Positions 1 to 8,527 are shown, numbered from the stretch's first letter. The stretch: DNA of 37,849 nucleotides from Candidatus Micrarchaeota archaeon (GCA_964550485.1 CAZJZM010000003.1:1-37849); one strand, 5' to 3'. Program-made: numbers and translations. Notes: generated by a model not told the origin, from the letters alone.

Positions 1-1
1 G

Positions 2-553
2 ATGCTCAACACCTACCTTACCAACGAGGAAACAAATTTCCACGAGATGAGGATAAAAGACGTCAGTTCTTACCTTTCCACGTACAAGATGGACTATATC
101 AAGCTGAAAAACGCTAAGGCGGAGTCCCTCAGCATGATGAGGACATGGATTCTCCCATCGCTTCTTAAGAACATAGCAATTTCCAGGCACGAGAAGATGC
201 CCCAAAAGCTCTTCGAGCTCGACATGGTCTTCTACCTCTCCAAGAAGATCGCAATGGAAGAATATCATCTCGCTGGAGTGTCCGCCGATCCGAAATCCAA
301 CTTCAACAACATGAAAGGCGTCATCAAGTCCCTAGGATATTTCCTTCGCCAGGACTGGAAGATAACGAGATATGAGCATGAGAGTTTCATCAAAGGCAGA
401 TGCGCGAAGATAATCTTGGGGAAAGAGATGATAGGGCTGTTCGGCGAGCTGCACCCTGAAGTACTCAGCAATTTCGGCATAGAGGAGCCCACAGCCGCAT
501 TCGAAATCGATTTAACAAAAGTTGTCGGTACAATCACTTCGACAAGTGATTAG
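2..553 (+). CDS. pheT: Phenylalanine--tRNA ligase beta subunit, C-terminal part (5' end lies outside the window)
   Basis: ORF is open to the window start. The C-terminal motifs RTWILPSLLKNI, HESFIKGRCAKI and GELHPEVLSNFGIEEPTAAFEIDL match the archaeal PheT C-terminus. Confidence 0.8.
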   Translation: MLNTYLTNEETNFHEMRIKDVSSYLSTYKMDYIKLKNAKAESLSMMRTWILPSLLKNIAISRHEKMPQKLFELDMVFYLSKKIAMEEYHLAGVSADPKSNFNNMKGVIKSLGYFLRQDWKITRYEHESFIKGRCAKIILGKEMIGLFGELHPEVLSNFGIEEPTAAFEIDLTKVVGTITSTSD

Positions 554-1459
554 TTGTCAAGCCTAAGGATTCAAAGTGCAATGGAGTACCTGATGACCTA
601 CGGTTGGGCAATTCTGATTATAGCGATTGTCTTAGGTGCAATCTTTGAACTAGGATTTTTCAACACTGCAAATCTTGCACCTAAAGTTGCTGCAGGATCT
701 TGCCAAGTCTACAGGCCCCAAGGTCCTGGAACTACTTCATTCATCAACACCGAAGGAGTCTGCAACAATGAGTTTCCGCAGTACGTCGCGCAGTTCAATG
801 GAGCTGGTAACACCTATATCAATTTGGGAACTCCCGCAAGCCTCGAAGGATTGCAAGTTCCTGTAACAATAACGGGATGGTTTTATCAAAAGAGCCTTAG
901 CGGAGGTGATGGTGATCAACCCATATATGCCGCATACCAAGTAGCGAGCGCCAACCAACTTTGGTCTATGGTAAGGATTGATTCTGGTACTCTGAAATAT
1001 TATGCTTCAACTAGTTCCGGAAGTTTTCAAGGCCCTGGCAGTTTCAAACCAAGCCTTAATTCTTGGCATTTCTTCACTGTTGTTATAAGTGGAAGTATCT
1101 CTTCACCGGCCATAACTATCTATCTAGATGGCAGTTCCCAAAGTCTGGGCATTTCTACGCTTTCTAGCACGCCTAATCTAAATGTACCCATATATATTGG
1201 CGGGGACGCATCATCAAGCTCTGAACGATTTAACGGACTAATCTCCGGCGTCCAAATCTACAACACCTCCCTCTCGGCTAACGAGGTGACTGTACTGTAC
1301 GATGAAGGAATAGGCGGAGACCCTCTACTCATCAACAATCTGGTGGGCTGGTGGCCCCTCAACGGCAATGCGAACGACTACTCCGGGAACCTCAACAACG
1401 GAGTTCCCATAAGCATGGTCTTTACAAGCTCTTGGACTTCAGGCTACACGGCCCCCTAA
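554..1459 (+). CDS. Class III signal peptide (archaeal type IV pilin-like) protein with a LamG-type jelly-roll domain
   Basis: TTG start directly abuts the pheT stop. N-terminus is LRIQSAMEYLMTYGWAILIIAIVLG (pilin-like QSAMEYL plus hydrophobic helix). LamG_3-like motifs: FNGAGNTYINLG, WHFFTVV, ITIYLDG, FNGLISGVQIYNTSLSANEV, WWPLNGNANDYSGNLNNG. Confidence 0.7.
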   Translation: MSSLRIQSAMEYLMTYGWAILIIAIVLGAIFELGFFNTANLAPKVAAGSCQVYRPQGPGTTSFINTEGVCNNEFPQYVAQFNGAGNTYINLGTPASLEGLQVPVTITGWFYQKSLSGGDGDQPIYAAYQVASANQLWSMVRIDSGTLKYYASTSSGSFQGPGSFKPSLNSWHFFTVVISGSISSPAITIYLDGSSQSLGISTLSSTPNLNVPIYIGGDASSSSERFNGLISGVQIYNTSLSANEVTVLYDEGIGGDPLLINNLVGWWPLNGNANDYSGNLNNGVPISMVFTSSWTSGYTAP

Positions 1460-1480
1460 TCTATAATATATTTTGAAATC

Positions 1481-2704
1481 CTACCTGCCAATTATAAATT
1501 CAATATCATCCTGGCTCAAACCCAGCAATCCTCCTATCTGCATCATCGCAGTTTCCTCTCCGAGGTCCTTTATCGATTTCTCGAAAACAATCTTCAACAA
1601 GGGCAGGTAGTCTCGTATTATCTTCCTTTTGTTTGTGTGGAGCTTATCCGAGAGTTTTTCCGCAATCTCGTTCAACGAGGTCCTGTCAACCTTTGTACTA
1701 CCCATGTACCTTATCTTGGAGGGAAAGTTGTAGGGCTTGAGCATTCTCACATAGCCATCGTTCGACATCGCAACTCCCGAAGCGAGAAGCACGCTTACGT
1801 ATCTCAAATAGCCCCAGTAATTCGTCCTGTTGGCCTTCTCATAGAATCTGCTCGCCTTGGCAAGGTTCTGATAGGCATCGTTCACTCCCTGTTTTGAAGT
1901 ATACCTGTTCGGTATGTTCTCGTCCACCCAGTTAAGCACCATTTCGGTATCTACATTGCTTTTGGCAAGCGCATTTCTTGATATGTCGAAGTTTGCAGAA
2001 AGGAAAATCTTGTCCAGTACGCCAAATATCTCCATCTTGGTGTCCCTTATCCCTATATTTTCCATGAGCTCCTTAGGCGCACCTATCATTGCCTCCATAT
2101 CATTCATGGCCCCTCTCACGTCACCGTTGGACCTCTTGGCTATAATCTCTATAATCCCATTGTCCATCTTTGCGTCCTCCTTCACCGCGATGCTTTTCAG
2201 GAGCCTCGATATGGTTTCCGTATTCACCTTCTTGAATTCTATCTTGTCAACAGCCCCTCTCAGGAAACGTATGTGCGGATCCCAGTAATCCTCGGCTGTG
2301 AATATCACCGGCTGCCTCGAGCTCTTCAGCAGCTGTCCTATCACCTTCTCAACCCCAACGTCATATTTCTTTGAAAGTTCGTCTATTTCATCGAGCAGTA
2401 TCAGTATCGTTTTTCCAAAGAGCCCCTTGCTCCTGCTGGCAGGGATCACCGTCTTATTCAGGTTCTCTGCGTCCCTATAGTCGCTTGCCGTCAGTTCGAG
2501 CAGTTCGTAGCCATTGCTGTAAGCCAATGCCCTTGCCGCAGCCGTCTTTCCCACCCCAGATGGCCCTACTAGTATGATCGCCTTCCTATTCTCTCCCTTA
2601 TGTATCTTCTCGGCAAACTTGCTTAGCGAGGCTATGGCGGAATCGTTTCCAACTATTCCATTCAATGTAGTAGGCGCATATTTTTCTGAGAGCAGAATAA
2701 CCAC
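1481..2704 (-). CDS. rfcL: Replication factor C large subunit
   Basis: Motifs SEKYAPTTLNGIVGND, Walker A GPSGVGKT, LLDEIDEL and NGDVRGAMNDME. The track ORF (to 2902) runs over a tRNA gene, so the start is trimmed to in-frame GTG 2704 (or TTG 2707), just before the conserved EKY-x-P motif. Confidence 0.85.
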   Translation of the reverse strand: MVILLSEKYAPTTLNGIVGNDSAIASLSKFAEKIHKGENRKAIILVGPSGVGKTAAARALAYSNGYELLELTASDYRDAENLNKTVIPASRSKGLFGKTILILLDEIDELSKKYDVGVEKVIGQLLKSSRQPVIFTAEDYWDPHIRFLRGAVDKIEFKKVNTETISRLLKSIAVKEDAKMDNGIIEIIAKRSNGDVRGAMNDMEAMIGAPKELMENIGIRDTKMEIFGVLDKIFLSANFDISRNALAKSNVDTEMVLNWVDENIPNRYTSKQGVNDAYQNLAKASRFYEKANRTNYWGYLRYVSVLLASGVAMSNDGYVRMLKPYNFPSKIRYMGSTKVDRTSLNEIAEKLSDKLHTNKRKIIRDYLPLLKIVFEKSIKDLGEETAMMQIGGLLGLSQDDIEFIIGR

Positions 2705-2710
2705 CAATAA

Positions 2711-2720
2711 GATATAAATA
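2711..2720 (+). promoter_or_regulatory. TATA box (GATATAAATA) for tRNA-Glu
   Basis: A/T box lies about 27-35 nt upstream of tRNA position 1. It sits in the 40-nt gap between the divergent rfcL and the tRNA. Confidence 0.55.
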
Positions 2721-2746
2721 GGGAAGCAAACAATAAAATGCTTGCT

Positions 2747-2821
2747 GCTTCGATCGTCTAGCTCGGTCAAGGACGGAGCCCTCTCACGGCTCAAACTCGG
2801 GTTCAAATCCCGATCGGAGCA
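2747..2821 (+). tRNA. tRNA-Glu (anticodon CUC), 75 nt, no encoded CCA
   Basis: Folded by hand. Acceptor GCTTCGA/TCGGAGC (one G-U pair). D stem GTCT/GGAC. Anticodon stem GAGCC/GGCTC with loop CTCTCAC. T arm TCGGG-TTCAAAT-CCCGA. Discriminator A. Confidence 0.85.
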
Positions 2822-3012
2822 AATACTAGTTCCCCATATCCTAATTTTATCTTTGTGGCTATATTTCAAGTAAAACTGGAGGAAATTCAAATTTATAGCC
2901 ACAATGACATTTACTCACTAAGCTTACAATGAGAGATTAATGCTCTTTCAAAGATGGAATCTGAAACTATCCTTAACAAAAAGGTAGCCTTTCTTCTTTC
3001 CCACAGGGAGGA

Positions 3013-3621
3013 TCAGAACCCCAACGCTTCCTTAACAAGTACTATGGTTATCCTGCCGGGCCTTTCCTTCTGCATGATTAGCACCTTGCTGACCGAGCTT
3101 CCAGGAATGTGGTAAACCTTCTTCACCCTCTCATCCTCCAACGGAAGTACATGCTCATAGATTCTTTTGAAGCCTTGATCAAGGTCCTTGACTATCTTCT
3201 GCGTGCCAACTACCCAGATCACATGTTGTGATCCATAGGAATATCCTGGAAGCTGGCTGCCTGAGGCAGACACTATCATCACTTTTCCGTCTTCGGTTAC
3301 CGCATGTACGCTTCCCACTATCCATTCCGGAGCAGAGCCTATCTTGCTCATCTGCATGTGTTCCTTGTTCCTATCCATGGACATGAGCTTCTTTCTCACC
3401 GAATTATATTTTCCCGATTCATCAAGTTCGCTCGCAAGCCCTATCGCACTGGTAGTAGCCGAAGTAGCTGCAAGCACTTCAGCACCTTTTGGGATCAATC
3501 CGAGGGTTTTCCTCATGGCATCTTCGCCATTATCAGCTATGATAACTTCGAATCCGTTTTCCTTCAGTGCCTTCACAGTTTTTTCTACTGTCTCGTCATC
3601 CGCCAACTTCGTCCAATCCAT
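3013..3621 (-). CDS. LUD-domain protein (LutC/YkgG-like, DUF162)
   Basis: About 200 aa, with GSVHAVTEDGKVMIVSASGSQL and HVIWVVGTQKIV typical of the LUD family. ATG at 3621 is preferred over the GTG at 3630 used by the track. A TATA-like box (revcomp of GATATAAATA, 3651-3660) lies about 30 nt upstream. Confidence 0.6.
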   Translation of the reverse strand: MDWTKLADDETVEKTVKALKENGFEVIIADNGEDAMRKTLGLIPKGAEVLAATSATTSAIGLASELDESGKYNSVRKKLMSMDRNKEHMQMSKIGSAPEWIVGSVHAVTEDGKVMIVSASGSQLPGYSYGSQHVIWVVGTQKIVKDLDQGFKRIYEHVLPLEDERVKKVYHIPGSSVSKVLIMQKERPGRITIVLVKEALGF

Positions 3622-3695
3622 GATTATCACAATATAACCTTGTAACTAAGATATAAATAATAGAATAAAAATAAAAAAAAAGAAAAAGAAACCGA

Positions 3696-3860
3696 TTAAT
3701 TGTTCTTTTCCAGCTGTTTTATTCTTTCAGAGACCCCCTTTGCCTCCTTCTCAAGCTCTTCTTTGTAGCCCTTCAGGATCTCCAATTTTTCTTCCTTCGT
3801 AAGGAAGTTTCTCATTCCGCTTCTCATTCCACCGCATTCGCTTCCATTGCATTCGTACAT
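3696..3860 (-). CDS. Small DUF5320-like protein (54 aa; Cys/Gly/Met-rich N-terminus plus coiled coil); not in the ORF track
   Basis: Hand translation: MYECNGSECGGMRSGMRNFLTKEEKLEILKGYKEELEKEAKGVSERIKQLEKNN. ATG to TAA is 165 nt. It is divergent from a PadR gene, a pairing I recognise for DUF5320-type proteins. Confidence 0.5.
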   Translation of the reverse strand: MYECNGSECGGMRSGMRNFLTKEEKLEILKGYKEELEKEAKGVSERIKQLEKNN

Positions 3861-3875
3861 TTTTACACCTGTCCA

Positions 3876-3931
3876 TATAGGACATCATATATTACGCAAG
3901 ATAAGTATTTAAATATATAGTATGTCCTATA
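3876..3931. promoter_or_regulatory. Divergent promoter region: 10-bp inverted repeat flanking a TATTTAAATATATA box
   Basis: TATAGGACAT (3876-3885) and ATGTCCTATA (3922-3931) are exact reverse complements. The TATA-like tract 3906-3919 lies between them. The region sits between the DUF5320-like and PadR genes. Confidence 0.5.
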
Positions 3932-3970
3932 CATACTGATGATGCTGTGAAGGAGAACTACGGATGCGAT

Positions 3971-4249
3971 ATGCGAGGGCTGCTATCGTTCCAGATACTC
4001 TGGTTGTTATCGAAGAAAAAGATGCACGGGGAGGAGATAGCACAGGAGATAGCAAAGCGAAGGGGGGACAAACCCAAACCCGGAACGCTTTATCCCGCAC
4101 TCAAGGAGTTGAAGGAGCTTGACCTTATACGCGGAGAGCAGAAGGGCAAGCTTATCACCTACACATTGACAGAAAAAGGCAAGAGATCATTGACTAACGC
4201 AACAAGATATTTCTGCAAGGCATTCGGGGACATATTCGAAGGCGGATAG
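3971..4249 (+). CDS. PadR-family winged-helix transcriptional regulator
   Basis: LSFQILWLLSKKKMHGEEIAQEI...GTLYPALKELKELDLI...YTLTEKGK is the PadR wHTH signature. ATG 3971 is preferred; the track uses GTG 3947. Confidence 0.75.
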   Translation: MRGLLSFQILWLLSKKKMHGEEIAQEIAKRRGDKPKPGTLYPALKELKELDLIRGEQKGKLITYTLTEKGKRSLTNATRYFCKAFGDIFEGG

Positions 4250-4291
4250 CTACTTTTAATAAACTGCCTAGCTTATTACTAATGTGAGCAA

Positions 4292-4843
4292 ATGAATCTG
4301 ATCTATGTCTACGGCCCGCCCGGAGTCGGAAAGTTCACGGTCTCCACAGAGCTTTCAAAGATCACAGGATACAAACTCTTTCACAATCAGCTAAGCATAG
4401 AATTTGTGAGGTCCGTTTTCCCATTCGGCGATTCCTCATTCAACAAGCTTGTCCTGAAATTCAGGGCGGAAACCATGGAGGAGGCCGCTCGCACGGGCGT
4501 CTCGGTGATATTCACATCCCTCTATGCGAAGGGACCCGGAGACAAGATAGTGAAGGATATAGAAAAAAGGGTGAAAAAACACGGGGGCAGAGTCTGCTTC
4601 GTCAGACTTTACTGCGACAAGGAGGAGCTCTTTAGACGGGTAAACAGCAAATCCAGACGTGGCTTTTACAAGATACACTCTTCTAGGCAACTGGAAAATC
4701 TCTTGAAAAGATACAATCTTCTCTCCCCAATGTCTTTTGAAAACAGCTTTGCGATAGACAACACAAGAATTCCGCCAAAGAAAGTCGCGAAGATGATAAT
4801 CAAACATTATAATCTGAAGAAAGCAGACAAAAAAGATAAATAA
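4292..4843 (+). CDS. P-loop NTPase / kinase-like protein (AAA_33-type)
   Basis: N-terminal Walker A YGPPGVGKFTV. About 180 aa, kinase-sized, with a Lys-rich tail. Confidence 0.55.
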   Translation: MNLIYVYGPPGVGKFTVSTELSKITGYKLFHNQLSIEFVRSVFPFGDSSFNKLVLKFRAETMEEAARTGVSVIFTSLYAKGPGDKIVKDIEKRVKKHGGRVCFVRLYCDKEELFRRVNSKSRRGFYKIHSSRQLENLLKRYNLLSPMSFENSFAIDNTRIPPKKVAKMIIKHYNLKKADKKDK

Positions 4844-4872
4844 TTTCATCTACATATTAAATTGGTAATGCA

Positions 4873-5526
4873 ATGGAACTTGATTTTCTAAAGTGGATAG
4901 GCCATGCCTCATTCCTGATCAAAGTCGGAAACAAGAACGTCTACATAGACCCCTTCAGGCTTACAACCGTCAAGGAAAGGGCTGATGTCATATTGATAAC
5001 CCATCCCCACTTCGATCATATGAACACGGAAGACATAGCCAAAATCGCAGACTCGAAAACCGAGATCTTCGTCACAGAGGACAGCGTGGACAAAATAAAA
5101 GTTGGAAAGGTAAAGGGAACCGAGCCGAACAGGGAATACTCATCAAGCGTGATAAAATTCAGCACAATCCCCGCATACAATGTGGTAAAGGAGAGGCTTG
5201 ACAAGCACCCCAAGAAGAACAATTGGGTTGGATACATTCTCGAAGCGAACAACATGAAGATTTACCATGCAGGAGACACGGACTTCATACCAGAGATGGA
5301 GGAGATAAATGTAGACCTAGCACTAATACCGATGAGCGGTACTTATACTATGGATCCGGACCAGGCAATCGAAGCGGCAAATAAAATAGATGCCAAAGCG
5401 GTGGCTCCCATGCATTACCGAGCTGTCCTGGGCCTAGAAAAAGCAAAGGCCGCCGAAGAGAAGTTTAGAAAAAATGTAAAGAACGGGATTATACTGAAAG
5501 AGGTTCAAGAACCTTTAGTATTCTGA
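4873..5526 (+). CDS. Metallo-beta-lactamase-fold hydrolase (UPF0173-like)
   Basis: HxHxDH motif (THPHFDH), later HAGDT and PMHY. About 217 aa. Confidence 0.7.
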   Translation: MELDFLKWIGHASFLIKVGNKNVYIDPFRLTTVKERADVILITHPHFDHMNTEDIAKIADSKTEIFVTEDSVDKIKVGKVKGTEPNREYSSSVIKFSTIPAYNVVKERLDKHPKKNNWVGYILEANNMKIYHAGDTDFIPEMEEINVDLALIPMSGTYTMDPDQAIEAANKIDAKAVAPMHYRAVLGLEKAKAAEEKFRKNVKNGIILKEVQEPLVF

Positions 5527-6293
5527 AGTTTTATCGCCTTATCTGCTAATTCCAATAATTCTGCAGGGCTAAGCGTGAAGACCCTCTTTTCTGCAGATCC
5601 TATCTCTCTGGCGATTTCGTCCATTCTCTCCTTGGTCTCGCCGAAGTGGGCCCTTGAGTCTATGAAAGCTTTCCTGACTGTCCTCTTCTTGTGCTGCATC
5701 AGCACGCCTATCACTCCTTCCTGCTCCTCGGTGAGCCTGATTCTCTTTGGCTTTACATAGATGACCTCTGAATCTATCTTCGGCACAGGGCTGAAGTTCC
5801 CCTTGGGCACGTCCATTATCTCGCTGATGCTCAGCGAAAGCGCCGAGAAGACGCTCAGCTTGGAGTAGTTCCTGGTTCCCTCCTTTGCCAGCATATGTTC
5901 CACGAATTCCTTCTGCAGGCAGAGCACCGCCTCCTTGCCCTTCTCGCAGAGCCAGCCTATCACCTCGCTCGAGATGTTGTAGGGGATGTTGGCTATCACT
6001 ATGCCTATCTCGTCGGGATCGAGCTGCTCGTCGGTGAGCTCGAGGAAGTCTGCGTGAATGAGCCTGAGATTGGGGAAGTCGAGGCTCCGCTTCAGCTCGT
6101 CATAGAGAAGGCCATCCTTCTCGACTGCTATGACCTTCTTTGCCCTCGTGCAGAGCTCCTTCGTCAGTATGCCGTGGCCGGGGCCTATCTCCAGCACGAC
6201 CTTCTCGTTGGCGTGCTCAGCCTCACTGCAGGCCACGTCCCTGTTCATCAGGAAGACCTGGCCTAGCTTCCTGGCTTTGAATTTTCTAAGCAT
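5505..6293 (-). CDS. rsmA: 16S rRNA (adenine-N6)-dimethyltransferase
   Basis: LGQVFLMNRD, SAM motif LEIGPGHGILT, ANIPYNISS. Start trimmed to ATG 6293 (MLRKFKARKLGQ). The 3' end overlaps the convergent MBL gene by 22 nt. Confidence 0.85.
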   Translation of the reverse strand: MLRKFKARKLGQVFLMNRDVACSEAEHANEKVVLEIGPGHGILTKELCTRAKKVIAVEKDGLLYDELKRSLDFPNLRLIHADFLELTDEQLDPDEIGIVIANIPYNISSEVIGWLCEKGKEAVLCLQKEFVEHMLAKEGTRNYSKLSVFSALSLSISEIMDVPKGNFSPVPKIDSEVIYVKPKRIRLTEEQEGVIGVLMQHKKRTVRKAFIDSRAHFGETKERMDEIAREIGSAEKRVFTLSPAELLELADKAIKLQNTKGS

Positions 6294-6403
6294 GCTTCTA
6301 CTATGCTCCTGACATTTATAACGGTTTCTCAACTGACGGCACGAAGCCGGAATCAGCATGTATTTATAAAGAGAGTATCCCATTATTTGATTGGCGAATC
6401 CCG

Positions 6404-7432
6404 ATGAAAGCCCAATCAGCGGTCGAATTCCTGACCACCTACAGCTTCGTTCTGATAATCCTAGCTGCGGCCATCCTGATAATCTTCACCTTGGTTGGAA
6501 CCACAAGAACCGAGATAAAATCGCAATGTGTCTCGTTCAGCACGGTCGCGTGCAATTTCATGGACTTCTACTCGAACAAGGCGGCCGGCTATTCCATCGC
6601 AACGTTTTCAATCACAAATTCGCAGAACGCGCCGATAAGCGTGGCAAACATCATCGTGACACTCAACCAAGTCAACTTTACAGGTATATGTGCCCCAAAT
6701 TTTCTCTACCAAGGAGAGGAGGGAACCTGCATATCCAACCTTACCGGAACCCTCGCGACGGGAGCTCCCGTTCAGGGGTTCTTCGCAATAAATGCGGGAT
6801 TCTGCAACTCGCTGATCAACTCTAGGACCTTCAACTGCACCCAGGGCGTCTCCTATTCCGGTTCTTTCTATGCCTATTCCGAGCCCTTTCCCACAACAAT
6901 ATACAGCGTGGTTGCTGGGATAAGCAATTCAAGCAGCCAGCTGGCGTCCTACAACAGCGTACCGGGCTTCCCGCTCAGCAACTTTATAATCAACAACGGG
7001 GACTGGGTACCGAAGATGAACAGCACTTCGATAGCATATGCCTACGGAACCACCGGATGGACCGGCAATTACTTCGGGATCGGCGCCTCCGCCTTTCCAC
7101 AGAGCCTGTATTCTATGAATAACAACGTGATCTCCTGTTCCCCAAGCTACAATTCAATCCTATCCTTCGCCTATACTGGGATATACCTGCCTTCTGCCAC
7201 TTCGCTGACCTTCAACGCCTATGCGGACAATGCCATAGCGGCATGGTATCTGCCACAGGGTTCGAGCACATGGAACAGCATATACGGAAGCAGCTACTGG
7301 CCCGCGAGCTCAAACGGTCTTGATACCGCCAGCGCGACCTTGGGAAAGGGCCTTGACAGCATAGCCGTAGAGTGGGCAAACACCTGCGGCCCTGGGCTTC
7401 AGGCCTTCCAGATCTCCGGCAACAACGTATGA
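6404..7432 (+). CDS. Class III signal peptide (type IV pilin-like) secreted protein with a possible PA14-like C-terminal domain
   Basis: N-terminus MKAQSAVEFLTTYSFVLIILAAAILII (KA|Q cleavage-type motif plus hydrophobic helix). The C-terminal part (TFNAYADNAIAAWYL...IAVEWANTCGPGLQAF) resembles a PA14/lectin beta-sandwich. Confidence 0.65.
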   Translation: MKAQSAVEFLTTYSFVLIILAAAILIIFTLVGTTRTEIKSQCVSFSTVACNFMDFYSNKAAGYSIATFSITNSQNAPISVANIIVTLNQVNFTGICAPNFLYQGEEGTCISNLTGTLATGAPVQGFFAINAGFCNSLINSRTFNCTQGVSYSGSFYAYSEPFPTTIYSVVAGISNSSSQLASYNSVPGFPLSNFIINNGDWVPKMNSTSIAYAYGTTGWTGNYFGIGASAFPQSLYSMNNNVISCSPSYNSILSFAYTGIYLPSATSLTFNAYADNAIAAWYLPQGSSTWNSIYGSSYWPASSNGLDTASATLGKGLDSIAVEWANTCGPGLQAFQISGNNV

Positions 7433-8470
7433 TCACTTAAGGAGCGACTTTTCGATTGCGGCTATGTCCTTGAAGGAGCTCAGCTGCCTTCCGGCTTCAT
7501 CATCGGAATTGAAGATCTCTATTCTGACTCCGCTCCTGTCTGCGCTGTCCAGCAGTGCCTTTATCTCCTCATTGTTCAGGACGGAATCGTTGACCAGTAT
7601 CACGCCAACCCTGTACTCACTGAGCGCGGCCCTTATCTTCTCCAGTCCCGACACGGCTCCGCTGGTCCTTATTCCCCTGAAGAAAAGGTCAAGGTACTCG
7701 AACTCCTTCTTGACATGCTCGCTCTCGAGAAGCTTTGAGACCGCCTCGCTTTTCATCACCTCCCTTATTCCAGACCTCTCGGCATCGGCCGCCGCAACGT
7801 AGACAAGCCTCTTCTGGATATGGATCTGGTTTGCTTCTATGAACTTCTTTATGTCGTCTTTCATGAAGCCTGGCCCTGCTATTATTACGATCTCGACATC
7901 CATCCTCTCAATAGTGGCAATTATATCCTTGAAATAGAGCTCCAGCTGCTTGCCGAAATCCTTCTCCTTCATCTTCTTGCTCAGATTGCTGTAGAGTTCT
8001 CCTGTAAGGTCGATGCCGTACCCTCTCACATAAGCGATGGTCGCCTTCTCGTCGTCCATGGCTATTATTCCGAGCCTGGGCCTCTTGGCTTCGACCACCG
8101 CTTGCTTTATCCTGCGTATTATGAAATCGCTCCACGCCCCCTTCTCAATCTCGATCATGTCGCCGGGGCCTATGCTCAGGGTGTGGTAGCTGTTTATCCT
8201 TATGTACTGCTCCGGTCTTCCCTCGAGTATCTTGCCCATCAGCCTCAGTTTTCCGGCTCCCTTGTCAAGCTCCGTTTTCTCGACTCCGAGTTTTATGAAA
8301 ACCTCCTTCTGCTCTCCCACATCACCCTCGTCGGCCTTGAAGCGTCTGTAGCTCTTGGAACTGACTTTGTCTCCCACCGAGATGATCATCGCAAGAAGGT
8401 AGAGGTCCTCGAACGACTCCGGCACTAGCTTTACGACGTTTACCGCTTCGTAGAACTTTACCGATTTCAT
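7433..8470 (-). CDS. pelA: mRNA surveillance protein Pelota (Dom34 homologue)
   Basis: 345 aa. LVPESFEDLYLL, IIAGPGFMKDD and an eRF1-like three-domain layout. Confidence 0.85.
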   Translation of the reverse strand: MKSVKFYEAVNVVKLVPESFEDLYLLAMIISVGDKVSSKSYRRFKADEGDVGEQKEVFIKLGVEKTELDKGAGKLRLMGKILEGRPEQYIRINSYHTLSIGPGDMIEIEKGAWSDFIIRRIKQAVVEAKRPRLGIIAMDDEKATIAYVRGYGIDLTGELYSNLSKKMKEKDFGKQLELYFKDIIATIERMDVEIVIIAGPGFMKDDIKKFIEANQIHIQKRLVYVAAADAERSGIREVMKSEAVSKLLESEHVKKEFEYLDLFFRGIRTSGAVSGLEKIRAALSEYRVGVILVNDSVLNNEEIKALLDSADRSGVRIEIFNSDDEAGRQLSSFKDIAAIEKSLLK

Positions 8471-8527
8471 GGGATGGCCTTAAGCAATTGGATGCTATTT
8501 ATTAAGCATTGTCAGTTATATTAAATT

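Noticed and set aside
2705-2902. N-terminal 66 codons of the track ORF 1481-2902 (MAINLNFLQFYLKY...).
   Set aside because: This stretch is the antisense of a well-folding tRNA-Glu gene and its promoter. It lies upstream of the conserved RFC N-terminal motif. It is an ORF-extension artefact.
2930-2985. Possible C/D box sRNA in the rfcL-LUD intergenic region (AATGAGAG ... ATGGAATCTGA).
   Set aside because: The box spacing leaves no guide region between the putative C' and D boxes, and the boxes are degenerate.
6391-6825. 144-aa ORF overlapping the start of the pilin-like gene in another frame.
   Set aside because: Its composition is Arg/His/Gly-rich with no motif. The overlapping frame (6404-7432) has a textbook class III signal peptide and runs much longer.
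7820-8428. 202-aa plus-strand ORF inside pelota. Similar shadow ORFs include 5895-6266, 13514-13966, 1914-2288, 22294-22653, 23162-23584, 25612-26016 and 27000-27368.
   Set aside because: All lie antisense to, or out of frame with, ORFs that carry strong family motifs. They have skewed, low-complexity or Leu/Ser/Arg-rich compositions, no recognisable motifs and no promoter context.
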